A stretch of DNA of 16,890 nucleotides from Amoebophrya sp. A120 (GCA_905178155.1 CAJINV010000059.1:1-16890), one strand, 5' to 3'; numbered from the stretch's first letter, positions 8,218 to 16,890 are shown. Made by a program: numbers and translations. The notes: a model not told the origin generated them from the sequence alone.

Positions 8218-10471
8218 CTATATCACACTGCGGGCGGTCATGAATTTATCAAAATTTGCAAAATCAGGCATTGCCTCTTTGTTGCGCACGTCGTGAAATC
8301 GCCAGAGGATGTGAATTTCGGCGCTCCCTCCGGCACCGACCGAACTTCCGCTTGCTTTGCCTCTGGCGGCTGCAGTAGTTCCCGTCACAGAGGGGACGGA
8401 CACTGTGGATGCGGTGGTAGACAGATCTTCTTGGTCACCCCGCTCTCCACCATCTTCCTCATGAGGCGACAACTGTCCATGAAGGTGGTCCAAGAAAGAC
8501 ACATAGGGTATCAGTTGGCCTTTCATACCTGAAGACGGAGCGCGAGCAGGAGAAACGTCAGATTTTGTTTTTAGTTTTATGTAATTTGTGCGTGTTCATC
8601 TTTTTATTTGGTTAACAGACCAAAATCTCAACGTTCTTGTCTCAACGTTCATGACGCCGACGAGCAATCGTCTCAACGATTGCCCGGCGGCCTCAAACAA
8701 CGCTCGCCGGCAGTGGCGGAAAGGCACGCCCGCCACCATTGACGCGAGACGCACTCGATGAGACACAAGGGGCGCAAGGGCGCGGCAACACACACGGGCA
8801 GGGGCGTGGGCGTGAAACACAACACAAGGAAAGGAGAGAGTCGTCGGCCAGGGCAGCCGCCGCCGGCCGGCGGCGGCTGCCCTGGCCGACGACCAGAACC
8901 CCAAACCCTAGACCCTAACCCCAAACCTAAACGGTGCCGAAGTTGAGGCGTCGGGGTCAACGTTGGGACGTTTTGTCTAAACGTTGAGACAAATTGGCGT
9001 AGTTGAGATTTTGGTTTGTCAACCTTTTTATTTCCAGTACAGCATTACGAAGAAGTCGCACTTCTAACTACCAACGTCGGAAGGACAAGAAGTGAAAAAG
9101 GTGCGGCTCTAAAATGAAAATCATTTTGATTTTGAGAAAATGTTAGAAGATTTTCTAAATTATACTAGTTGCACTTTCAAGTGTGCATTCTTGATTGTAG
9201 TACCTGTGACACTCTCCACAAGACTTGCATTCTGGTAGATGTTGAATGTAGGATAGTTGGCTTGGTCGTAGGTGCAGCTGAAAATGTCACCTCCCTCCAC
9301 TTCGACTTCGCAGCCGTGTCCTCGCTTTTGATAATTTCGAAGGATTAATACTTGGAGTTAGAACTCGGATTGTTTGTTTTGCTGATCCGATTTCTTTTTC
9401 AGGTGAAAATGAAAGTGCAGACGGTTATGTTTCTTTATTACGTTGTCGACGTCAAAAAAGAAAATCAGGATTCAAGCATGTATGTCTCTAAACAACTTGT
9501 GGAGGCCTAGCCCTAGGCCCCCTTCCAGAACCAAGGCAATCATAAGTACCGCAGGTAGATCGTCGTCGGCTGTCTCTTCCGGCGTACCTCTCGGCGCCAC
9601 TGTGTTGGTCAGACCCAGGAAGAGTCTTGCCTTCTTGGAAGGCGTGCTGTGGTTTTTCTTCTCTGCTCGTAAGATTTCAACTTCGTAGTACAGCTTGTCT
9701 TGCTCAATTCTGTATTTGCCGTAGACCGTGCCTCTGGTGCTGCCGCTGACCACGCCGTCCGCCGATAAATGCAGTTGCTTCCCCACCCGACCGATCAACT
9801 TCGCGTCCAGTTGAGCGATATGAACTGCAAAAGTATCGCACTCGTATAAATGCATTACAAATTTCCTCAGCATGAGAGAGAAAATCTGTAATGCGGATTT
9901 ACCTTAACCTTAAGATAAAGATTTGTAATGCATGACTGCAATACGAGTACGATACTTTTGCACAGGATAAGCGAGCTGCGGATTGCGAGCCCGTGAGGAG
10001 CAGCTGGGGTGGCTCGAGACGGTAAGCTATCAAGTGTAAAAGTGTCTGGATCTGGAAGAAAAAGAATGTCATGCATATTTCTCATGACCCATGATGCCTG
10101 TAATACTTGACCTAGCATCGCAGACTTTTAGAGGTCTTCCCGATGCACCTTTAGCATGAGAAATGGCCCGTCCGTGTAGCAAGAACTCACTGTAGCCCTC
10201 TTGCTGGTCATGCAATACAAATTCTTTTAGAGTCCAAAAACAGCATGACAAGTTGCAATCTTCCAGACTCAGCCATTTTTGCACTTGATATAAGCTCCAC
10301 AGTCGGATTCTCCTCGTCATGCTGAAGACTGCTTTTTCCGACTGACGAACTCGCTGCACCGGGCTGACCGACCACACCGCTGCCGGGCGGGGCCGCGGCG
10401 CACTTGTCCGCCGGGGAAAACACGTCGTAAAATCCGCCCCACATTGTCGCGCAGGGACAATATTGCAGCAT
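8218..10471 (-). CDS. SPRYD7: SPRY domain-containing protein 7-like, multi-exon (approx. 10471-10250, 10203-10191, 9824-~9550, 9350-9204, 8528-8218)
   Basis: The spliced reading gives MLQYCPC..., AQLDAKLIG..SGSTRGTVYGKYRIEQDKLYYEVEI, GGDIFSCTYDQANYPTFNIYQN..VTG|MKGQLIPYVSFLD and MPDFANFDKFMTARSVI*. This is collinear with SPRYD7 as I recall it (QLDTQHMG..LHQNKSYFEFKI..EGDVVGITYD..GIRGTVYPVVYVD..GFEKILFEQQIF). Junction 9204|8528 is GT-AG and phase-consistent. The donor near 9550-9590 is ambiguous. Confidence 0.78.
8840..8893. repeat. Perfect spacerless 54-bp palindrome
   Basis: GTCGTCGGCCAGGGCAGCCGCCGCCGG followed directly by its exact reverse complement. Confidence 0.97.
8897..8931. repeat. 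Degenerate telomere-like tract (TTTAGGG/TTAGGG type) with a G4 motif on the minus strand
   Basis: AACCCCA AACCCTA GACCCTA ACCCCA AACCTA AA. The minus strand reads GGGG-TTA-GGG-TCTA-GGG-TTT-GGGG. Confidence 0.7.
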
Positions 10472-10590
10472 AAGCGGAAATTTTGCAGCGCGATCTTCGG
10501 ACAAGGAGGAGCTCGTGGCAGAGGCAAAACAGGTTGTTCGCCTTTGGGCGACACTTGCAATTGACTTCTACTGATGTATTTCAACATGCG

Positions 10591-10985
10591 TGAACTTGAA
10601 ATTCAAAAAAACGTGGGTGCGAACGGGACTGCACGAATACGACAAGAATTTTGACACCGAGGGATTTCAAGTTCAACCGAAGATGAACCACCGAGCGAAA
10701 ATTGTTTCACATTCACTGAGGGTGAGGAACCAAAACCATAACCATAACCAAAGAAACTAATTCCAAGTTGAACCAACGAAGAGATTTATTACCCCAACAA
10801 CCAAGTCCGAAACACGAACTAATTGAGCGGTGTTCCGCGCACGGAAATGCTTCCGCGCACGGGAATGCTTCTTTTTAGTATGAGATCAACTAAATAAATT
10901 ACAATCGAAGACGAGAATTCGCACAGAAATGCTTCTGCAACGCCCTGCCTGGTTTTTTCCCGATCTTTTATCGCGAAATTGCGCG
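10591..10985. repeat. Dispersed intergenic repeat, copy A
   Basis: Collinear blocks shared with 14420-14745: TTGAAAT-AAAAAAACGTGG, CGGGACT, TTTTGACA, TTCAACCGAAGrTGAACCA, GCGAAAATT, AAACTAATT, GAGATTTATT, GAAACACGAACTA, GCACAGAAAT, CAACGCCCT-CCTGGTT, TTTTATC. Confidence 0.9.
10833..10871. repeat. 18-bp tandem duplication within copy A
   Basis: TTCCGCGCACGGrAATGC x2, with a related third partial copy at ~10918-10935. Confidence 0.85.
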
Positions 10986-11354
10986 CAGAGCGCGTTTTCT
11001 ATTTTTATTGCCAGCCCTGGGCCTTTTTTTGTACTTGCGTAGTGTGAGCAGAGTGCGCTATTTTTTGCGCTAAGTGCGTTTTTGTGTTTTTGGAATCGGC
11101 CCTAGAAGTATTTTTTTTGTGTTTTTTCTTTTGCTTATTTGATTTTTTTGACAGAGGAGACGTTCTCCGTTATTTCTTTCGCAGAGTAGAAGGGACAGCA
11201 AATCGATTTTCTACAAGCAAAACGAAAACAAGGAAAAAAAGTGCTTGCAGTGCAAAAAAAAACCAATAGAATACTTTTACGAACAAAAGCAGAACTCAAC
11301 GTCAACCAGATTCATATGAGAAAAATAACTACAACGGGATTCACAGATAAGCGA

Positions 11355-14102
11355 TTACGCAGAATGCATGCTGTCGCGAGCAATTGGACGCAGCAGCCCA
11401 TTGGGAGTAGAAACAAACAGCTTTGCCAATTTCGCGATGTAGTTCGCACCGTCATGCGAAAGTAACGCTTTCATGCTGAAAATAGGATTTTTAAAGGTTT
11501 CTTGATGAACAATTGCAAAGCCAAACACTCCCGCCACATGGCTTTCTTCTGGTGGTGCGGGTTCCGGTGGCCCCGGCAAATACAGCACCAGTTGCCCAGA
11601 CGGGAGTGCTCCACCAGATTTCGCGTCGGTGGGTTGCTTCAGTTCTTCAGACTGGGCTGTGTCGACTGCTGTCCAGAGATCGCTGGCAGCCGAATTTTCG
11701 CTGTTCCAGTTTTCGGACTCCGTGTCGGCTGTGCTTAGAACAGCGAAAGCCGCATCCGCCATATTCTTTAGCCGCTCTGGGTAGTTCACACGCGGCACGA
11801 CGTCGTAGCCGGCTATGATCTATGCATTGCAAACCAAGTTATGCCTGGGTCTGGAACGATACGGATACGAGCTTTGCTCGTGATGTAATGCTAGCTCTCT
11901 AGTGGAACGCCATTACACAGACATCCGCGTTACATGAGTGCCACAAGTTGTCCATTTCTTGCGACGCAACGAGCGAAGTCTCTCATGTTGCAGAATAAGT
12001 ACCTAGACATGGAAACGGTTTTGTACTCCGCCACACCCAAACATTGACACATTTCCAGTGAATATGGTAGTGAGAAACGATTTGAACGGGAAAAGTAAGT
12101 CAGAGGCCTTGATCGTGCCTTTTCTCGCCTGCTCCTTCAAATGGTGCACCTGGGCGTGCGTGCTGATCATGCCCGGGTTCGCGTGGGCGTAGCACTTGAC
12201 TTCAATAGGGTGATGGTCGCGGTTCGCTTTCTTGGCGTGTTTCTTTCGCGCGTGGTCGATGTCATGGAACGCTTTCGTTCCGCGCCACATGGCGTAAACA
12301 AACTGAGCAGTAGCGGCACCAAGAGAGTGGCCTGTGATGATCACACGTTTGTACTTTTCATGTTCATCGTGTTTCAGCATGTTGTGCACGAGCTTGAACG
12401 TCTTGAAGCTGACGTAGTGCGCTGCTTTGAAGAAGCCCGCGTGTACTCGGACCATTTCATTCACGGAGTGGGTTTGCTTGTCTCGTTTGTGCTTCTGTCG
12501 TGTACAAATGTGATTTGCGTCATGCGAGTGACGGTGTTGCGGGTCCGGGTGTTTGTGCACGGCCGGATGATGCGGGTTGTGCTCCACGGCCTGTTTTTCG
12601 TGGTCGACAGAATGGTGATGCAACTTCTCATTGCCGACGCCGAAGTCCGCCAACGGCACCCAGCAGTCTCCATAGTGCAGATCCGTTCGGATGTCGGCCG
12701 GGCCGGCAGTCCCTTGAATCACCACGACAATAGCCTGCAACAAGTCGTCCCGCAGGATCATGTACGCAGGCTCGTTGAGCTTCGCGTCGATATAGTACGC
12801 AAACTGGTCCACATTGCTAAAGTCGTCTACATATTCCTTTCTTCCCGAGTGGTCTTTCATCTCCCGATCCTCATCTGTCACCCCCGGCGCTGCGCTTTCT
12901 ATAAGAAAAGCGCCAGGCTTCTTGATTGCGTCAATCGGGTTCGCTTCGTACACAGCTTTAGCAAACACCATTGTACGATAAAGCTCTGCTTTCCGCCATC
13001 GGTCAAGACCAGGAGCAGAGTGATCTTCCCGATCACGATCAGCGAGGCTGTTGAGCCATGCGTGGTTTTCGAACACCAAGTTTTTGTTGTAGTCGGTGTC
13101 TCCAGCTTCGCTTTTCCCTTTCAGTTCGCGATAGGAATCTTTGTCCGTCACAACATGCAGCTGCTGGATGGAGTTGAGCACGCCAAGGTCCTCCCAGAAC
13201 CACTTCTGCAAGTGCGTCCAAAGCGAAAACTTCCTGTGGTGATCGGCGATCTGTGTTCCGATGAAGTCTGCTAGAGGACGTACTAGGGCACCTGGTTCTG
13301 CCTCCACCACGTGCACAGCAAACCACGCGAGGCTGGGATGTCTCTGCTTGTGCTCTTCCCACTTCTTGGAAATCTCCTGGAGCTTTCGCTGCGACAGGTC
13401 AAACAAAATTTGCACGCCGTGCATCATCTTCTCGCGTATTGCCTCTTGGAGTCTCCACACTGCCTCGATGGCCAGCTTACCTCCTCGCAGGGTTCCTCTC
13501 GCAACCAGGTCACCAATCCGTTCGCCCCACACGGTAGGTAGTCCCATGTACATGGAGCCAACCCCTCCGATCGCTTTTGCTGTGTGGCGAACGGTATCCG
13601 CCAATCTTGTTGAAATTGATGTGGATGCGCCTGCTTTTGTAACTAGAAACGAGTTGACCACTCCTGATCCTGTGGACTCCGTGTCATTCGTTCCGACTTC
13701 TGAGTAATCCGCTCCAATCCCGTGTCCGCTCCGCTGCAACCCCTTCTCCCCGGCAGCGCGGTAAAAATCTCCTTGCTCCGTCTGGTCATCCGCCGCAATT
13801 TTAGTGGTGGAGGGTGCTTCTTCTAACTCTCCAATCGCGCTGGAATCGCCGGATATTGATTTCTCCACAAAACCCGACTCGCCCGCCCGTTCTTCCTCAT
13901 CCGTAAACTCCGCGGCGGTATCTACAACGACCGTGCGCACTTGCTGTGAGTCGTCGTAGCGGGAATGCGGTGAGCGGTCGATGAAGGCGTCTGTGACGTT
14001 CTCCGGTAAGAGGGTTGGCGCTAGCTCGCCTGCGCCGCGCCACGGAAGCAAGCCGTACCGCAAGCACAACGTAAAAGTAAAAAAACCTCGTGGAGGCGTC
14101 AT
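11355..14102 (-). CDS. Class 3 lipase (alpha/beta hydrolase, DAG-lipase-like), probably secreted; two exons 14102-12051 and 11819-11355
   Basis: Motifs: IVVVIQGT..DIRTDL (oxyanion/lid), VHAGFFKAA, IITGHSLGAATA (nucleophile) and CYAHANPG. After a phase-0 GT-AG intron (12050-11820) come IIAGYDVVPRV (catalytic Asp), LYLPG and LSHDGANYIAKL (catalytic His). The N-terminus is hydrophobic and resembles a signal peptide. Confidence 0.9.
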
Positions 14103-14236
14103 CTTGCTCTCACGTATAGCGCTGGATGGTGCGCGTGACAGACTGTGCGACAGGGCTTCAACAAGTCGAAGAACTAGGAATCAAATAAAGTCCAGGTTTC
14201 CAAAAAGTCAACCCTTGAACCTCATTGACTTCTGAT

Positions 14237-14291
14237 GTAGCAGAAGTAGTAGTACTAGTAGTAGTACTAGTAGTAGTGCTAGTAGTAGTAG
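14237..14291. repeat. (GTA)n-based microsatellite with a 12-bp higher-order unit GTAGTAGTACTA
   Basis: Directly visible; lies in the 5' flank of the lipase gene. Confidence 0.9.
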
Positions 14292-14419
14292 CGATTCCCA
14301 GCAAGCGGAGAGAAGGGGGGCCAACTCTCACCTCACTAACTCTTCACCACTTTTTTCATTGCTCGTTTAGGCTTGGCTTGGTTCTTGGCACTCCTCATCT
14401 TCTCCTTGGGACATAAAAT

Positions 14420-14745
14420 TGAAATTGAAATAAAAAAACGTGGATGCGCACGTCGGGACTACGTACACGAACGCGACTATTTTGACATCCAGGGGACTTC
14501 AACCGAAGGTGAACCATCGGGCGAAAATTTCACGGAGGAGCCAAAAACTAATTTCAATTGGAAGTACCAACAAGGAGATTTATTTACCCCAAGAACGAAA
14601 TCTGAAACACGAACTAGTTGAACACGTGTTTTTCTTGTTTTTTCATCTTTCATACTATTTTCGCGGAGCACAGAAATTGTACTCCTGTTTTTACAACGCC
14701 CTTCCTGGTTCGTTTTTTTCTGATTTTTTATCAAGACATTGTGCT
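14420..14745. repeat. Dispersed intergenic repeat, copy B (same orientation as copy A)
   Basis: Shares the collinear blocks listed for 10591-10985. Confidence 0.9.
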
Positions 14746-14992
14746 TGCGTTTGAAAAGACATATGACATCTTCGGGGAGACCGGTTTATTAGCGCTGGAA
14801 AACTGCGTAAGTACGAAAAAGCCGCGTTAGCACACAAGGAAAGCCGCTTGCTAATGTCGGGTTTCAGAAACCGCTGAAGGAGCAGGGCAAATCAAGAGAA
14901 TGGGTTCTTGGTGCCATTAATCTGTTCCTAAATTGTTTTGGTAAACCATGGAAAGACTGGAGCAGAAGCACCTCGTTGACTAAGTACTAGTT

Positions 14993-16465
14993 CTAGATGA
15001 CTAAATCGACCGAGGATACTGCACGCGGCGCTTTCTTTCCATCCGACGTTTGGCTCATCATGGCCACTGCGTCAAATTGCGGGTCGGGATCTACTCTACT
15101 CCGGCTCGAGGACCGGAACGGGCGCTGGTGAAGATTATTATACGGATGCTGGCTACCCATTGTACCCCCTGGAACAACGACACCGCCGCTTTTGATCGTG
15201 CCCCCGCTGCGCATAGCGGAAACCTCTTCCCGCAACGAGTTCAGGGCCTGTACTTCCTCACGCAACGCGGCGAGCTCGTTCAGAATCTTGTCCTGCCGTT
15301 CGCTCATGGACGCCCGATCCTCGCGCGCCGCCAGCATTTGCTCGTTCTGTTTGACTGCCGCCCGCGACGAGGCCTTGAGGCCGTCGTCGAAATTTTTCTT
15401 CGCGATCTCCTGGAAGCGGCTCTGCTGCGCCTGCAACATCGTCGCCTTCAGGATGCGGCCCTTCTCCTCCGGGACATTGGCGGAACGAATCAGGGCCACG
15501 GACGCCGTGGAGTTCATCACGGAGGTGGTCAACTCCATGTACGTGGTGGACAGCTCAAAGGGGTCGAGCTCGCCGCTGCTGTCCAGGTCCATCGCGTCGA
15601 AGAAGTAGCCCGCGTCCTCGTCCGTGAGGTCCAGCTTTTCGAACACCTTGCGAAACGCCAGCGACTTCTTGTAGTTCTCGATGAAGAAGGTCCGCGTCGT
15701 GTTGACCACCTCCTGTCCGGGGAACTGGAGCAGGTCCTGGATTTCCCCCATTTTCTCGTCAATGTCCAGGTTGCGCCGCACCTCCCGCTGCTGGCGGCTG
15801 GCCGTTTCCAGCACGGTCACGGTGACCAGATTCATCAGCCCCAGGGCGGAGATGGAGATGAAGAGCAGAAAGTAGAAGTAGGGCCAAATGTGGTCGTTGG
15901 ACAGGGGGACGACCATGTCCGTCCAGCCGTCCAGCGTCATCATTTGGAACAAATACACGATGCTGTCCCGCGTCGTCCCGAACAGGGACTTCGCGTTGTC
16001 GAACGCCTCCTCGTGTTCCGGGTTGTTGTCGTCCGCTTCGTAGGTCATGCTATCGTTCTGCCCGATGATGACGACGGAAAAGATCCCGAACAGGAAGATG
16101 ATGATCATGATGAACAGAACCGTCCACATCAACGGGGTCAGGGAGAAGAAGAACAACTGCACCACGTGCCACAAGTGCTCGAAGATGGTCAGCAACCGCA
16201 GCACGCGGAAGGCCCGAAACACGCGGAGGATCTTCACCGCACTCTGCACACCGCCCTTCTGGTCCGTTCCAGCCACCGTGATGGTCCCCGTGGTCGCCAG
16301 GGGAAAGAACACATCGAACAGCCACCCGGTCAACACCACGGCCACGTCCAGGGAGTACTGGAAGTTGAACAGAATTCGGCGCGCCCCGAACGCCATGCAG
16401 CGCAGGACCAGCTCCACCGTGAAGAAGAGCAAGAACAGACTGTCGCCGATGGCGATATGGATGTG
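14993..16465 (-). CDS. Terminal exon of a voltage-gated cation channel (Ion_trans S2-S6, EF-hand, coiled coil); 5' part not identified in the window
   Basis: S2 FFTVELVLR, S3 SLDVAVV, S4 KILRVFRAFRVLRLL, S5, pore LFQMMTLDGWTD, S6 YFLLFISISALGLMNLVTVTVLE, EF-hand loop DLDSSGELDPFEL and heptads ILNELAALREEVQAL. The frame is open up to an in-frame TGA at 16468-16466. Confidence 0.92.
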   Translation of the reverse strand, partial: HIHIAIGDSLFLLFFTVELVLRCMAFGARRILFNFQYSLDVAVVLTGWLFDVFFPLATTGTITVAGTDQKGGVQSAVKILRVFRAFRVLRLLTIFEHLWHVVQLFFFSLTPLMWTVLFIMIIIFLFGIFSVVIIGQNDSMTYEADDNNPEHEEAFDNAKSLFGTTRDSIVYLFQMMTLDGWTDMVVPLSNDHIWPYFYFLLFISISALGLMNLVTVTVLETASRQQREVRRNLDIDEKMGEIQDLLQFPGQEVVNTTRTFFIENYKKSLAFRKVFEKLDLTDEDAGYFFDAMDLDSSGELDPFELSTTYMELTTSVMNSTASVALIRSANVPEEKGRILKATMLQAQQSRFQEIAKKNFDDGLKASSRAAVKQNEQMLAAREDRASMSERQDKILNELAALREEVQALNSLREEVSAMRSGGTIKSGGVVVPGGTMGSQHPYNNLHQRPFRSSSRSRVDPDPQFDAVAMMSQTSDGKKAPRAVSSVDLVI

Positions 16466-16890
16466 TCAGGTTTGAAATCGTCAAAGTTGAAATAGTTTGT
16501 CATGCATAAAACGGATACCAGTTAGACCTGCAGTTTGTAGTCGGTGCATGACAAATTTTCCCGGTCCTGGAAGCGAGTCTGTCATGCGGTTTAGGGCAAA
16601 AGAGCTGCCTTCTGTCATGCTAGTCAGCAGTCCAACTTTTGACCCTTACCAGGATTATGATCTGCCTCCCTTGCGTCCTCTGCAATAGAGTCGCTTTTTG
16701 TATCGCATTTTATGCATTACAATTTCGTTGCGTTCCTTCCATCTGTCATCCTATGCGCCAAACCAACCCGAGTAACCCGTTGGACGGCGCCATTGGGGCT
16801 GGGTCGAGCGGGTCGAACCCTCGCTCCCGCAGCAGGGAACGACCCACTCCACCACCAACACGTCTGTCCGGACGGACCGGCACGACGTGA

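Larger units (their letters stand above)
8610..9024. mobile_element. Non-autonomous TIR DNA transposon (MITE), Mutator/MULE-like, inside intron 8529-9203
   Basis: TIRs 8610-8632 GGTTAACAGACCAAAATCTCAAC and 9002-9024 match at 21/23. The inverted similarity extends imperfectly ~85 bp via repeated TCTCAAC(GTT) motifs. There is an exact 9-bp TSD TTTTTATTT at 8601-8609 and 9025-9033. The interior is GC-rich against AT-rich flanks, with no transposase. Confidence 0.9.

Noticed and set aside
8596-8960. Short ORFs inside the MITE
   Set aside because: Products of GC-rich palindromic DNA (the same peptide appears on both strands); no transposase features.
270-9024. Functional link between the TUTase and the hairpin-bearing MITE as a small-RNA system
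   Set aside because: Proximity only; the MITE lies in a different gene.
10995-11290. T-rich tract followed by an A-rich tract, a possible fold-back
   Set aside because: The complementarity is mostly homopolymeric, with no specific long stem.
11820-12050. Possible non-canonical (GA-AG) intron in the lipase
   Set aside because: A phase-consistent GT-AG solution exists.
14373-14754. Small ORFs over repeat copy B
   Set aside because: The frame is not preserved in copy A, which has many indels.
15050-16495. 481-aa plus-strand ORF (also 12141-13274, 2247-2870, 3021-3626)
   Set aside because: Antisense shadows of GC3-rich minus-strand genes with clear family motifs; they have no motifs of their own.

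Overview
Intron-containing eukaryotic genomic DNA. Four genes lie head-to-tail on the minus strand; with short introns and long low-complexity proteins, this suggests an alveolate, possibly a syndinian dinoflagellate such as Amoebophrya (inference, not verified). In transcription order (right to left): (1) the 3' part of a single-domain voltage-gated cation channel with an EF-hand; (2) a probably secreted class-3 lipase with a His-rich insert; (3) a multi-exon SPRYD7-like gene that the ORF track shows only as fragments; (4) a very large Cid1/TUTase-family nucleotidyltransferase. The most interesting signals are non-coding. A 415-bp Mutator-like MITE (TIRs, 9-bp TSD) sits in an intron and carries a perfect 54-bp palindrome next to telomere-like/G4 repeats. 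A ~330-400-bp diverged module occurs twice, in the same orientation, just upstream of two consecutive genes. A GCATGACA/TGTCATGC octamer recurs 11 times in introns, usually as inverted pairs. All exon boundaries are predicted by eye.
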